Shown: positions 31,126 to 41,842, counted from the first letter of the stretch. The stretch: DNA of 64,000 nucleotides from Thermodesulfobacteriota bacterium (GCA_035559815.1 DATMAT010000029.1:2485-66484); one strand, 5' to 3'. Translations and numbers: made by a program. The notes: generated by a model from the letters alone, not told the origin.

Positions 31126-31292
31126 TGAAACTATGAAGAACTTAGAGTTAAAATGAAAAAATCTTGACTCTAAGATAACACCGTTCTGATTAAGATCGAC
31201 TAAATTAACATTATGCTTAACGATATTCTTAGAACTTGTAAGAATCCGTTAAGATACCTATAATTAAAAAAAATAATTCTGATTCCTAAAAC

Positions 31293-32222
31293 ATGCTCAA
31301 AGTAGAAAATCTCGTAAAGGACTTCGCCACCGGATTTCTGAGAAAGAAGGTTCGGGTGCTCAAAGGTGTGTCTTTCTCAGTGAACAAGGGAGAGATATTC
31401 GGTTTTGTCGGGCCCAATGGTGCGGGGAAAACCACGACGTTTAAAGTGGTTCTGGGTTTTGTCCCCATTACAGATGGAAATGTTGAATTGATGGGGAAGC
31501 CACTCGGTGATGTGGATGTAAAAAAGCACATAGGCTACCTCCCGGAGAATCCATATTTCTATGATTACCTTACGGGCGAGGAGCTTCTTCGATATATGGG
31601 AGAGTTGCATGGGCTAAATGGAAAAGGTCTCTCCGCAAGAATCGATGAGCTTCTGGAGAAGGTAAAAATGTCTCATGCCCGAAAGGTGCAGTTGAGAAAA
31701 TATTCAAAAGGTATGCTTCAGAGGGTGGGTGTTGCTCAGGCCCTTATAAATGACCCTGATTTTCTTATCCTTGACGAGCCTATGACCGGGCTTGACCCTA
31801 TCGGACAAAGAGAAATAAAGGACCTGATTCTAGAGGAAAAAAAGAGGGGAAAAACCATACTTCTCAGTTCCCACATGCTCTCCGATGTCGAGGCTTTATG
31901 CGATAGGGTGGGGGTGGTTATGAACGGGAAAGTAGTCAAGATTGGCGAGCTGGGGAAGCTGTTTGAAGAGATTCATACGGATTATGAGATGCTTCTCAAG
32001 GGTGTTGATGAAAGGATTATGAACAGCCTTAGCGACCTTAAAGTTTCAGTCGAAAAAAGAGCAGGATTTACTGTTCTCAGGTTCGACGAAGATATTAAGA
32101 CCAGGGTATTCCAGGTCGTCTCTGATTCCGGTGCGGATATCGTCTCGCTTCATCCTTTAAGAAAATCTCTCGAAGGACTCTTCGTTGAGGAAGCGAAGAA
32201 GGATGTTCATCTTGAATCATGA
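31293..32222 (+). CDS. ABC transporter ATP-binding protein
   Basis: Walker A GPNGAGKTT, signature YSKGMLQRVGVAQAL, Walker B LILDEP. Confidence 0.85.
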   Translation: MLKVENLVKDFATGFLRKKVRVLKGVSFSVNKGEIFGFVGPNGAGKTTTFKVVLGFVPITDGNVELMGKPLGDVDVKKHIGYLPENPYFYDYLTGEELLRYMGELHGLNGKGLSARIDELLEKVKMSHARKVQLRKYSKGMLQRVGVAQALINDPDFLILDEPMTGLDPIGQREIKDLILEEKKRGKTILLSSHMLSDVEALCDRVGVVMNGKVVKIGELGKLFEEIHTDYEMLLKGVDERIMNSLSDLKVSVEKRAGFTVLRFDEDIKTRVFQVVSDSGADIVSLHPLRKSLEGLFVEEAKKDVHLES

Positions 32223-32632
32223 ACCGGTTTAGCCACGAATCTACACAGATGAACACGAATGAAAAAGATATTTTATATAAAGAGCTTTCTTATAAAATAA
32301 TTGGATTAGATATGGAAGTGCATAATAAACTGGGTTATGGATTCTTAGAAAAAGTCTATGAAAACGCTCTACTGATATTGTTACCGCGTAAAGATATCGA
32401 AGCAAAACAACAAGCACCGATAAAGGTATATTTCGAGGGGGAGGTTGTGGGAAATTACTTCGCTGATATTTTAGTTGAGGATAAAATTATATTGGAAATT
32501 AAAGCTTTAGACAAAATAATAGATGTCTACATTGCGCAGACGTTGAACTACTTAAAAGCAACTGGATTACAGTTAGCAATCATCTTAAATTTTGGTAAGA
32601 AGAGATTAGAGTACGAAAGAATCGTTAACTAG
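32219..32632 (+). CDS. GxxExxY-family protein (likely true start ATG 32249)
   Basis: LGYGFLEKVYENAL = G-x-x-E-x-x-Y signature; about 125 aa. Confidence 0.65.
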   Translation: MNRFSHESTQMNTNEKDILYKELSYKIIGLDMEVHNKLGYGFLEKVYENALLILLPRKDIEAKQQAPIKVYFEGEVVGNYFADILVEDKIILEIKALDKIIDVYIAQTLNYLKATGLQLAIILNFGKKRLEYERIVN

Positions 32633-32672
32633 ACAAATTTTTATTCGTGTAAATTCGTGTTTATTTGTGGCT
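32231..32672. mobile_element. TIR-bounded mini-cassette carrying the GxxExxY gene
   Basis: left agccacgaatctacacagatgaacacgaat vs reverse complement of right attcgtgtaaattcgtgtttatttgtggct (about 70% inverted identity); inserted in the spacer between ABC ATPase and permease. Confidence 0.45.
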
Positions 32673-32686
32673 AAGTAATTGGAATC

Positions 32687-33490
32687 ATGAGCAGAGTCTG
32701 GAGCGTTGCACATAATACATTCATAGAAGCGGTCAGAGACAGGGTTCTCTACAGCTTAATCCTGTTTGCATTTTTGATGATTCTGAGTTCTCTTATCCTA
32801 GCCAGTATATCCGGGGAGCAATATAACAAGATTGTTAAGGACCTCGGATTTACCGTTATTTCGCTCATCGGGGTCATGATTTCGGTATTTCTGGGCATGG
32901 GGCTTGTCTATAAGGAAATTGAGAAGAAAACCGTTTATAACATCTTTTCAAAACCGATACACCGGTATGAGTTTGTCTTCGGCAAATATCTGGGCCTTGC
33001 TTTTACCCTCCTAGTAAACACTGCGGCCATGGCTGTTATTCTTTTCCTGCTGGTGCTGTACACGGAGTTAAGGCATGGAGATTTTATAAAGTTTTACTAT
33101 GGCGGACCATATTACGCCGAGTTTTTCAAAGCAGTTTATTTTATTTACCTTGAGTTTCTTATAATCATCGGGGTTGCTTTGGTATTTTCGAGCTTTACAA
33201 CCCCGGTAATGACGGTGCTCTTTACGTTTCTGGTAATTGCAATCGGAAGGTTTTCGAGTGATGTGAAGCTTTTTGCCGAACAGGTCAAAAATCCTGTGAC
33301 TGGATTTTTCACCGAGGTCATTTATAGGGTTATGCCAAATTTGGAAAAGTTTGATGTAAGGCGCGAGGCCGTGTATGGAGGGAATGTAAGTTGGGAGCTT
33401 ATTCTTAATACCACTGCCTATGCCTTGCTTTACACCTTAGCGCTGCTGTTACTTTCTATAATAATATTCCAGAAGAGGGAATTTAAATAA
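32687..33490 (+). CDS. ABC-2 type transporter permease
   Basis: six TM helices, 267 aa, follows ATPase. Confidence 0.6.
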   Translation: MSRVWSVAHNTFIEAVRDRVLYSLILFAFLMILSSLILASISGEQYNKIVKDLGFTVISLIGVMISVFLGMGLVYKEIEKKTVYNIFSKPIHRYEFVFGKYLGLAFTLLVNTAAMAVILFLLVLYTELRHGDFIKFYYGGPYYAEFFKAVYFIYLEFLIIIGVALVFSSFTTPVMTVLFTFLVIAIGRFSSDVKLFAEQVKNPVTGFFTEVIYRVMPNLEKFDVRREAVYGGNVSWELILNTTAYALLYTLALLLLSIIIFQKREFK

Positions 33491-33579
33491 ACATTATGCA
33501 AGATGCAAGAACAGCTTGTGAGTAATGTAATTGTCTTTACTTAGACCGTATTTGGTCAAAAATTTAAGAAATCAAATAC

Positions 33580-33696
33580 GCCCTTCGACAAGCTCAGGGC
33601 GAACGGTTATGGAGGTAGGCCGCTTATGCTGAGCCCTTTGTCCGATCTTCCCAGCGTGTCGAAGGATGAACGCTCAGGGCAAGCCTGTCGAAAGAA
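33580..33696. repeat. family A repeat
   Basis: cccttcgacaagctcagggcgaacgg...gtcgaaggatgaacgctcagggc. Confidence 0.7.
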
Positions 33697-33802
33697 GTAT
33701 GACTATTATGTATGGGGACCTATGCTGAAAATCATACGGTCTTTATAGGCAAATGGATATTACTTCCACAAATCATGAATCCTGCATCCTGCATCATTTG
33801 TA

Positions 33803-34873
33803 GTGGCTATGCTTGATACACTTGCAAAAAGACCAATCCTAGGACTTCTAGTTGTGTTTGCGCTGATTGTCGTCTCTATCCCTTTTCAGAAAAGGGTTGA
33901 CGATATAAGAGGTAATTTCAGAGCCATAGAGGAGACCCTCTACCTGACCTCATCCGCGCTTAAGAAAATCTCCTTTGGATACAAAGAAATAGTTGCAGAC
34001 ATCTATTGGCTAAGGGCAATTCAATACTTCGGCGGTAAAAAGATTAAAGAGCAAGATCCGGACCTTCTTTATAAATATTTCGATATACTTACCGATCTGG
34101 ACCCGCAGTTCGTGAATGCATACAGGTTTGGCGGTACGTTTCTGGCTGAACCGCCGCCTTATGGTTTAGGCGATATCGAGAAGGGGACAAAGCTATTCGA
34201 TAAAGGAAGGGAAAACAACCCGGACAACTTTAGAATCCCTCTTGAAGAGGCGTTTGTATATTATCTTTATGCTAAGGACTATGAGAAAGCGGCAGAGCTA
34301 TTTGACGAAGCATCGGAAAAACCCGGTCTCTCGCCTTTTCGCCGGGCATCGATAAAGGGAATGGCAGCATCTGCTCATACTTATGGCGGCAATAGAGAAC
34401 TGTCTAAAAAAATATGGAGAGAAATCTATGAAACCACGCCAAATGAAGGAAGAAAGAATTTTGCTTTCAGAAATCTACAAGAGCTAAATACCATGGATAT
34501 GGAAGACCGCTTGACCGAGGCTTTGAGGGAGTATGTCGAGCGTTATAACGAGCTACCGAAAAACCTGGAAGCCCTAAAAGACGCGGGCATCGTCAAACAA
34601 ATACCCAAGGAGCCACTCGGAGGAAAGTTTATCATAGCTAGTAAACTGAAAGCGGTAAAAAGCTCTACATTGGTGGGTCAACAATTAAACCAAAACCTGG
34701 CATTTTTATCATCTAGAATCCAAAAATTTAAGAAAGAGCATGGTCGGTATCCGAAAGATTTAAATGAGTTAAAAGAGTTTATAGAAAAAGATAGTACAGC
34801 ACAATTCCCAACAAATCCTTTGGGAGAAGATTATGTCTATAATCCGGAGAACGGTGTTATAGCCTCTAATTGA
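33803..34873 (+). CDS. membrane-anchored hypothetical protein (356 aa), helical/TPR-like
   Basis: N-terminal TM helix; rest predicted helical. Confidence 0.4.
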   Translation: MAMLDTLAKRPILGLLVVFALIVVSIPFQKRVDDIRGNFRAIEETLYLTSSALKKISFGYKEIVADIYWLRAIQYFGGKKIKEQDPDLLYKYFDILTDLDPQFVNAYRFGGTFLAEPPPYGLGDIEKGTKLFDKGRENNPDNFRIPLEEAFVYYLYAKDYEKAAELFDEASEKPGLSPFRRASIKGMAASAHTYGGNRELSKKIWREIYETTPNEGRKNFAFRNLQELNTMDMEDRLTEALREYVERYNELPKNLEALKDAGIVKQIPKEPLGGKFIIASKLKAVKSSTLVGQQLNQNLAFLSSRIQKFKKEHGRYPKDLNELKEFIEKDSTAQFPTNPLGEDYVYNPENGVIASN

Positions 34874-35028
34874 GATAATATCAAAAACCTTTTCTAATCA
34901 ACTTCAAGCCAAAACCTTCGATTAATAAAATATAGAAGTTTCCTTATTTAATGAACACCAGAGGGATGCCCTACGCATGAGTGTGTACCTAGGTCATTTG
35001 TGAAAGTAGTAATCCAATGTAGAGGCGC

Positions 35029-35056
35029 AAAATTTTGCGTCTCTACCCGTGGGTGC
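35029..35056. repeat. REP (GTAG-type palindrome)
   Basis: gtagaggcgcaaaattttgcgtctctac. Confidence 0.6.
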
Positions 35057-35296
35057 CTGGTTGCTTCTCCGATTAATCGGGTGAGTACACGGTTGTTATG
35101 CGAAAAGAGACAAATTGTTTCGGTATGGGCTATGTCATAGGTATTAAATTAACCAATTGTCTTAAGCCTTTTTTTCAGACTTAAATATAACTAAAGTCCA
35201 ATTGATGAACCCCGGAAAGGAGGGTTTTGTCTATTGGTCTCAGGCAGAACCGCAAGCACCCCATAAAAGTAATAAGCCCACCGTTAACAATGTGAG

Positions 35297-36019
35297 GTGA
35301 AATCAATGTTAAGAAAGATATATGATATTTTTATGTTCACTGCCTATGGCTTTCTCAAAACATCCTTATTTTTGTCTCTTTTTTGTCTTTCTATTTCTTT
35401 CTTCCTGAAATCCAAGAATATTTTTCATATAGAGGTAAAGAGTATAGAACCCTTGGGGGCGCTGGTGACCCCGACAGGTGGAACAAAACGGCTAGGTTCA
35501 ACAAATGCTGAAAGTATGGGCCTCAAAACGGATGAGGCCGATATTTTTAAATTTATTCTCAGGTTTTCCGACCGAATATCCACTGCAGATGCAAAAAAAC
35601 TGGCCAAACTTATTGACGAGGAATGCGAAATTTACGGTCTAGACCCATTTCTTATTCTGGCTATGATTTATGTCGAGAGTAAATTTGACCCGGTCGCAGT
35701 ATCAAATAAGGGAGCCATCGGTTTGATGCAGGTCATGCCTGTAACCGGTGAATTTATAGCCGGGAAATTGGGTATTCCTTTCAATGGAGATAAATCTCTT
35801 TTTGACCCGGTCGTCAACGTGAGGTTAGGCATATATTATTTTTCATCACTGATCAATCGCTTTGAGAGTATAGACCAGGCGCTTATTGCCTATAACGCCG
35901 GTCCAACCAGGTTCTTAAATACTGCAAGTTTGAGGAATGGAAAATCTACATACTTAACTAGAGTTTTACATTTTAGAAGTCTCCTGGAAGACGAAGGCAT
36001 AATAACCGAGGAGAGCTAG
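35297..36019 (+). CDS. lytic transglycosylase (SLT domain) protein
   Basis: IYVESKFDPVAVSNKGAIGLMQVMP...AYNAG; GTG start in track, ATG at 35306 with gaggtga RBS more likely. Confidence 0.7.
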   Translation: MKSMLRKIYDIFMFTAYGFLKTSLFLSLFCLSISFFLKSKNIFHIEVKSIEPLGALVTPTGGTKRLGSTNAESMGLKTDEADIFKFILRFSDRISTADAKKLAKLIDEECEIYGLDPFLILAMIYVESKFDPVAVSNKGAIGLMQVMPVTGEFIAGKLGIPFNGDKSLFDPVVNVRLGIYYFSSLINRFESIDQALIAYNAGPTRFLNTASLRNGKSTYLTRVLHFRSLLEDEGIITEES

Positions 36020-36072
36020 GGGCAACAAATGCTAAAGACTATGATAGTGCCTTCCTTCGTTCGTGATACCTC

Positions 36073-36411
36073 ATGTTCTGTCATTGCGAGGAGTTAAACG
36101 ACGAAGCAATCCCAGGCATTGCTATAATCGATCAACAATACTATGTATATATAATGACCAACAAAAACAATACTGTGCTCTACACGGGTGTTACAAACGA
36201 TTTAAAAAGAAGAGTTTATCAACATAGAGAAAAGTTAATAGATGGATTTACTAAAAGATATAATATCAATAAGTTGATATACTACGAGGTATTTGAGGAC
36301 ATACATAGTGCGATTTCAAGGGAAAAACAGATTAAGGCCGGTTCATGACAGAAAAAGATCGATCTCATTAATCGTATGAATAAAGGATGGAAAGACTTAT
36401 ACAGGGAATTA
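36073..36411 (+). pseudogene. GIY-YIG nuclease-family small protein with in-frame TGA at 36346-36348
   Basis: YYVYIMTNKNNTVLYTGVTNDLKRRVYQH...YYEVFEDIHSAISREKQIKAGS*QKKIDLINRMNKGWKDLYREL: the family's conserved tail continues in frame after the TGA; N-terminal 20 codons of the track ORF are repeat-encoded. Confidence 0.5.
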
Positions 36412-36483
36412 TGATGTTTTAAAGATAATAAACAGAAGCCAGAAGGTAATTTCAAGGGATTGCTTCACTACGTTCGCAATGAC
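36080..36483. mobile_element. mini-cassette: GIY-YIG gene flanked by inverted family B repeat units
   Basis: left gtcattgcgaggagttaaacgacgaagcaatccc (36080-36113), right gggattgcttcactacgttcgcaatgac (36456-36483) in opposite orientation. Confidence 0.4.
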
Positions 36484-36713
36484 AGAATTGGAAGATCTAT
36501 TGTTAGTGCCCTTCGGCAGGGTTTTAACAATAAGTCGGAGTGTTCGGAATACAATCTATGACCGAAGCAATCTACTTAGATTCCTCACGTTCTCCTTCGT
36601 CTTCGCTCAGGACTTGGTTCGGAATGACGACTTGTGTCAGATTGCCACGCTGCCAAAAGAAAGTGGCTTGCAATGACAGGTAGAATAGGTCATTCCAAGG
36701 ATGGTAAGCCGAG

Positions 36714-37616
36714 ATGAAATTCGGGGTGTCGCTGCCTAACTTCGGAAAGTATGCAGAGAGAGACTATATAATCGAGATTGCCAGAACAGCCGAGGACCTC
36801 GGCTTTGATTCACTCTGGGTTAGCGATCACATTATTATTCCTCATTCACATAAAGGTTTTGGTGAGGTATTTTATGAACCGCTTGTCACCTTAGCCTACA
36901 TAGCCTCCCATACAAACAAAATTCATCTGGGAACGAGCGTAATAATTCTTCCCTACAGGAATCCCATAGTGCTCGCAAAGACAATCTCAACCTTGGACGT
37001 GCTTTCTGGAGGAAGAGTAATATTTGGCATGGGTGCAGGATGGCTCAAGGAGGAATTTCTGGCTCTAGGTGCGTCTTATGAAGAAAGAGGTTCTATCACC
37101 GACGAGTGGATAGAAGTCTTAAAGCTACTCTGGACTGAGGAGAGGCCGGTTTTTAAAGGCCGGTATCACGAATTCTCGGATATTAGCTTTCTACCAAGAC
37201 CTATTCAAAAACCACATCCGCCAATATGGGTAGGTGGTAATAGCAGGAAAGCAGTCGAGCGGGCGGTTAGTTGCGGAGACGGTTGGCATCCTGTGGGTCT
37301 CATTCCGGAGGAGATAGCGGAGAAAGCCGACTATCTTGATGAAATGTTAGCCGCGAAAATGAAAAAAAGGTCCGAGTTTGTGATTTCCCTTAGGAAAAAC
37401 CTTCAAGTCTTCACCGGGAGGAAGCTCGATGTTGATGTTAAGGACGAAAGAGAAACACTCCGTGGCACCCGTGAGAAGATAATCAAGGGTTTAGAGCAAT
37501 ACGGGAGAGCGGGTGTATCGCACCTGGTTTTTCAGGTTTTGAGTGGGGATTTAAAAGGGATAGTGGAAACAATGAAAATTTTTTCAAAAGATATTGGTCC
37601 CGCGTTTAAACCCTAG
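36714..37616 (+). CDS. LLM-class flavin/F420-dependent oxidoreductase
   Basis: MKFGVSLPNFG...FDSLWVSDHI pattern. Confidence 0.7.
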   Translation: MKFGVSLPNFGKYAERDYIIEIARTAEDLGFDSLWVSDHIIIPHSHKGFGEVFYEPLVTLAYIASHTNKIHLGTSVIILPYRNPIVLAKTISTLDVLSGGRVIFGMGAGWLKEEFLALGASYEERGSITDEWIEVLKLLWTEERPVFKGRYHEFSDISFLPRPIQKPHPPIWVGGNSRKAVERAVSCGDGWHPVGLIPEEIAEKADYLDEMLAAKMKKRSEFVISLRKNLQVFTGRKLDVDVKDERETLRGTREKIIKGLEQYGRAGVSHLVFQVLSGDLKGIVETMKIFSKDIGPAFKP

Positions 37617-37729
37617 ATTTGTACTCTTTAGTTTTTCTCCATGTTGACAAGAAGCCATTTCTGTAGAGATAATGAAGTTAGGTGGGTTTTATCAGGAATG
37701 AAAATTGAACTGCTTTTTAGTGTTTTTTT

Positions 37730-38025
37730 AATGAGTTCGCCCTTCGACTACTTCACCCTTCATCTTCGCTCAGTGTGAAGTAGTGTTAGAATGAGCTTTC
37801 CCTAGCTTCATGGTGAGGGCTTTGGCAAGCTCAGCATAAACTACGTCGAACCATGAGCCATTCGACTCGGCCCTTCTTCAAACGCAGGACAGGCTCAGGG
37901 CGAACGGAGTTTCATTTTATTAGTCATTTTAGCGGATAAGTATCCGCTCATGCTTGTCGAAGTATGATTTCTTGGGTGTTCATTCTTCCCCTGGTTAAAC
38001 CGAGGGACTTAGCTCAGAATGAACG
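37730..38025. repeat. family A repeat cluster
   Basis: gcccttcgactacttcaccc...gctcagtgtgaag...gtcgaaccatgag...gctcagggcgaacgg...agcggataagtatccgct. Confidence 0.7.
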
Positions 38026-38086
38026 AAGATCTATAAGACAAAACTGTTATGATTATTTATGAAGTAACTCACAGGAGGTTAAGAGC

Positions 38087-39166
38087 ATGGTAGAGAACAG
38101 CCAGAGATTCGTAGCCGCTGCGGTGCAAACCGCACCGGTTTTCTTGAACAAGGTGGAAACGATTGGAAAGGTATGCGGTTTGATCGAGGAGGCCAGTGAA
38201 AATGGAGCTGACCTAATCGTGTTCCCGGAGGCCTTGATCCCTACTTATCCCTACTGGCCTAAGGACTTGGGATCCGGGCCGGAAAGGAAACTCGTTCTCG
38301 ATGCCTATACAGAGTTATACAAAAACTCGGTTGAAGTTCCCAGCAAAGACACTGATAAACTCTCGGAAGCGGCTCGAAAAGCAGGAGCCCATGTAATCAT
38401 CGGTATCAACGAAAGGGACGGAGGCACTCTTTATAACACCATTCTGTTTATAGATAAAAGCGGTAGGATTCTGGGCAAACACAGAAAGCTCATGTCCATA
38501 GACAGCGAAAAGTGCATATGGGGAATGGGGAGGGCGGAGGACCTCCGGGTGTTTGACACCGATTTAGGAAAGGTCGGAGGGTTCTTCTGCTACGAGCACC
38601 ATATGACCTTGGCCAAATACGCCATGTTTATGAAAGGAGAGGAAATACACGCAGGGCTATGGGCGGGGCACGGCTTTGTTAAACCCACTATGGATTTCGC
38701 CAGCCGGCAATATGCTTTTGAGGGACAGGTATTTGTGATTGCCGCTTCACTATACATCAATGAAGATATGGTTCCGGATTCTTTTCCTCTTAAAAAATAC
38801 ACCAAATGGGATTTTCCCGGCGGGAGCGGAATAATAAACCCCCGGGGAGAATATTTAGCCGGCCCGCTTTATGACCAAGAGGGAATTCTGTATGCCGAGA
38901 TTGATAAGGACATGATTATCCGGGCTAAGGCGGTTATAGATTCGGTGGGGCATTTTTCCCGGCCGGACATCTTGACCCTGAGTATTAACGAACCTGGTCA
39001 TTCCTATAAACTCGATAGAGATAGTATTCGGAACGACTCAGCGGCTGAGTATAACGATATCATCGGAGCCATAGGTGAGCTCAGGCAAAGACAGGAGAGA
39101 CTTGAGGGAAAGCTAGATGAGCTTATTAACGCCTTGTCCTCGGATAAAAAGCGGGTCCGGAAATAA
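38087..39166 (+). CDS. nitrilase / carbon-nitrogen hydrolase family enzyme with C-terminal coiled-coil extension
   Basis: catalytic E (FPEALIP), K (HRKLM), C (GGFFCYEHH) triad pattern. Confidence 0.8.
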   Translation: MVENSQRFVAAAVQTAPVFLNKVETIGKVCGLIEEASENGADLIVFPEALIPTYPYWPKDLGSGPERKLVLDAYTELYKNSVEVPSKDTDKLSEAARKAGAHVIIGINERDGGTLYNTILFIDKSGRILGKHRKLMSIDSEKCIWGMGRAEDLRVFDTDLGKVGGFFCYEHHMTLAKYAMFMKGEEIHAGLWAGHGFVKPTMDFASRQYAFEGQVFVIAASLYINEDMVPDSFPLKKYTKWDFPGGSGIINPRGEYLAGPLYDQEGILYAEIDKDMIIRAKAVIDSVGHFSRPDILTLSINEPGHSYKLDRDSIRNDSAAEYNDIIGAIGELRQRQERLEGKLDELINALSSDKKRVRK

Positions 39167-39226
39167 TAGGTTATACAGATTAGATCTTGTCGACCGATGT
39201 TCTGTGCTTCATAGCCAAGCCTATAA

Positions 39227-40780
39227 TCAATGGGTCTTCTTCTTAATCGACCCGATTAATTCCTGTTTGAGGTCCCAAAGCCTCTCCGTCAGAGAGACGT
39301 GGTAAATATGAGGGTTCATTATACGCTTTACCCCAGCGTCTAACCGCTCAATGTCTGACCGGCGGAGTTTGCGCATATCCTCGATCGAAGGTAAATCGTA
39401 TGCAAGTTTTCCTTCATTTAGCACCTCTACCAGAAGTGGCTCGACCTCGGTGAATTGGCTTCGGTCCAATACCCTATATTTCGTATGGTCCGAAGGATGG
39501 CGCAAGATGATTCTGTCCATCTTCCGCGGGTCTTCCTCATCCAGGCTCAAGAGGTCGGCTGTGGCCTTACCCCTTTGGTCATATATGCGCCAGACGCGCT
39601 TATGGCCGGGATTGGGGGTTTTATCCAGGGATTCGGAAATCTTTATGGCCGGCTTCCACCTGTTTTCGTCATAAACGGCAACCAACTTGTATACCCCGCC
39701 GAGAGCCGATTCTCCGCGTGAGGTAATCAGCCTTGTCCCTACACCGTACACCAGCCTCCGGATGAGACGATCGGGGTCGACACCGTAGCGCGGTGCCTCC
39801 TCGATTATTTGAGTAATGATCTGCCATATGACCAGCTCGTCCAGTTCATTAGATAGGACGATGTGAGTATCGGAAAAGCCAGCCTGGTCCAGCATCTTGG
39901 AGGCCTGGATGCTCAGGTGAGCGAGGTCTCCAGAGTCGAGCCTGATTCCAACCGGTTTGTGCCCTTTTTGTCTAAGTTCTTCGAATACCCTTATGGCATT
40001 AGGAATCCCGCTCTCCAGGGTATTTATCGTATCTACTAACAACAAACAATCGTCGGGGTACATCTCTGCAAAAGCGCGAAAGGCGCCGAGTTCGCCCTCT
40101 CCCAATGCCATAAAAAGTTGAACCATGCTGTGAGCGTGGGTTCCCTTGGGCTGATATCCAAGGACATGAGATATGCCAACGTTTGAAGTAAAATCCGCAC
40201 CGCCTATAAGCGCTGCTCTGGCGCCGGCATTTGCGCCTTTGTCATGGGCCCGCCGCATTCCAAATTCGAGGAGTAGCTGTCCTCGTCCGCTCTCTCGAAC
40301 CCGCGCGGCCTTAGTAGCTATTAGAGTTTGGTAGTTGAGTTGGTTAAGAAGGGGCGATTCTAGAATCTGGGCCATAGCCAGGGGGCCTTGCACAACGGCG
40401 ATAGGAACGTTCGGATGAACCACACGGCCTTCCGGTATGGCATAAAGGGTTAGACTGCTAAAGTTACCGTTTTCCCTGAGCCAATTCAGGAAATCATCTT
40501 GAAACACCCGCTCCCCGGTTCGGCCAGTCTGAGTACGAAGGCAATAAATGTCTTCTTCGTCGAAACGGGCATCATTCATCCAGTCTAGCAGCCATTCCAG
40601 GCCAGCGTTGACACAATAGCCGGCCTGATGAGTTCCGTAATCGGGGTATTTACGAAAGAAGTAATCAAATTGAACCTTTTTCTCGTGTAAACCCATTCTG
40701 TAATATAGCTGAGCCATAGTGAGCTGATACTGATCGGTGAACAAAATACCCTCGGCAATATTCTGCTCTGATTTTTTCAC
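39227..40780 (-). CDS. pncB: nicotinate phosphoribosyltransferase
   Basis: [17 protein letters not shown]-terminus and overall length typical of NAPRTase. Confidence 0.8.
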   Translation of the reverse strand: MKKSEQNIAEGILFTDQYQLTMAQLYYRMGLHEKKVQFDYFFRKYPDYGTHQAGYCVNAGLEWLLDWMNDARFDEEDIYCLRTQTGRTGERVFQDDFLNWLRENGNFSSLTLYAIPEGRVVHPNVPIAVVQGPLAMAQILESPLLNQLNYQTLIATKAARVRESGRGQLLLEFGMRRAHDKGANAGARAALIGGADFTSNVGISHVLGYQPKGTHAHSMVQLFMALGEGELGAFRAFAEMYPDDCLLLVDTINTLESGIPNAIRVFEELRQKGHKPVGIRLDSGDLAHLSIQASKMLDQAGFSDTHIVLSNELDELVIWQIITQIIEEAPRYGVDPDRLIRRLVYGVGTRLITSRGESALGGVYKLVAVYDENRWKPAIKISESLDKTPNPGHKRVWRIYDQRGKATADLLSLDEEDPRKMDRIILRHPSDHTKYRVLDRSQFTEVEPLLVEVLNEGKLAYDLPSIEDMRKLRRSDIERLDAGVKRIMNPHIYHVSLTERLWDLKQELIGSIKKKTH

Positions 40781-40870
40781 CTACGTGACCTCATACTCTA
40801 TAATTCTCTTCTTGGAGAAAGTTTATTTACTTTAACACTCATTAAAACTAATTTAATCAAGGTTAATTTT

Positions 40871-40897
40871 GTAGATACGACCGCGGGTCGTGTCTAC
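40871..40897. repeat. REP (GTAG-type palindrome)
   Basis: gtagatacgaccgcgggtcgtgtctac. Confidence 0.55.
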
Positions 40898-40999
40898 TTT
40901 TTACAATCGGTATTTGCTTTTTGCTATAGCGTCTTAAAGAGCGATGAGACATTAAATAAATCTATAGAAGTTGATAAGATAGCCAAACCCGCTGGATTT

Positions 41000-41821
41000 T
41001 TATTGTATGGTAAATTTCTCGGAGCTTCCAGAGGCTTTCCTTCTTATAATCTCCCATTTCTCGAAGGTCACCGACATAACGGATATGGCCTCCGCCATTT
41101 GTCCGTCCTTCACATACGAAAGTAGGTCCCAGATTTCCTTCACCGATCGTTCATTTTGCATGGCCTGAGGATTGATCAAACCATTTAATTCTCCGTAGTC
41201 AAGAATTACATATCCCGACTGGTCAAATCCTCCGAGCCAAGTTTGTAGGTTTGCTACCCCAGTTCGTAACTGCTTTAGCCTCGGAAAAAGAGAAAACGAC
41301 TGAGAATCAGGTCCTTTATAATTCTTCAAAACATCATTCAAGGTTAAATACGCTGCTTCCAGCCTCTCCCGGCTGCGGTTAACTTTCGAGTCGTAATATA
41401 TCCCATCACATTGTATGGCCCCGAATCCGGTATGGGTATAGAGAAACTTTCTTTCCTCATCTTTAAAAAGCAGGAACCATTCCATGGGTATGTGGTTCTC
41501 CGAAATCAATAGGTGAGGGGTAATTGTCGAACCGATGGGTGCGAGATAATGACTGCCCCTTTCATCCCTGATGAAGAAACAGTCCTCGATTAGTTCAGGG
41601 TCAACGTCCAACTGTATGGCCAGGGATTCCCTAAACTCATCGTACTCTCTGCCAAACCAGACCCCACGGGGAGATGACGGGCTATCCCAGTACTGCTCAT
41701 AAAAGGATATATAAGTACTCCAATAGTTCTGTTTATCCCTGAATCTATCCAGGGGCTCATAGATGATGAGTGTGCTTCTGGCCATATGTGAATTGATAAA
41801 CCAAATTGATATTAAAGTCAA
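41000..41821 (-). CDS. hypothetical protein (273 aa)
   Basis: ORF only. Confidence 0.4.
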   Translation of the reverse strand: MTLISIWFINSHMARSTLIIYEPLDRFRDKQNYWSTYISFYEQYWDSPSSPRGVWFGREYDEFRESLAIQLDVDPELIEDCFFIRDERGSHYLAPIGSTITPHLLISENHIPMEWFLLFKDEERKFLYTHTGFGAIQCDGIYYDSKVNRSRERLEAAYLTLNDVLKNYKGPDSQSFSLFPRLKQLRTGVANLQTWLGGFDQSGYVILDYGELNGLINPQAMQNERSVKEIWDLLSYVKDGQMAEAISVMSVTFEKWEIIRRKASGSSEKFTIQ

Positions 41822-41842
41822 ACCGTAAACGTGAGAAGTATT

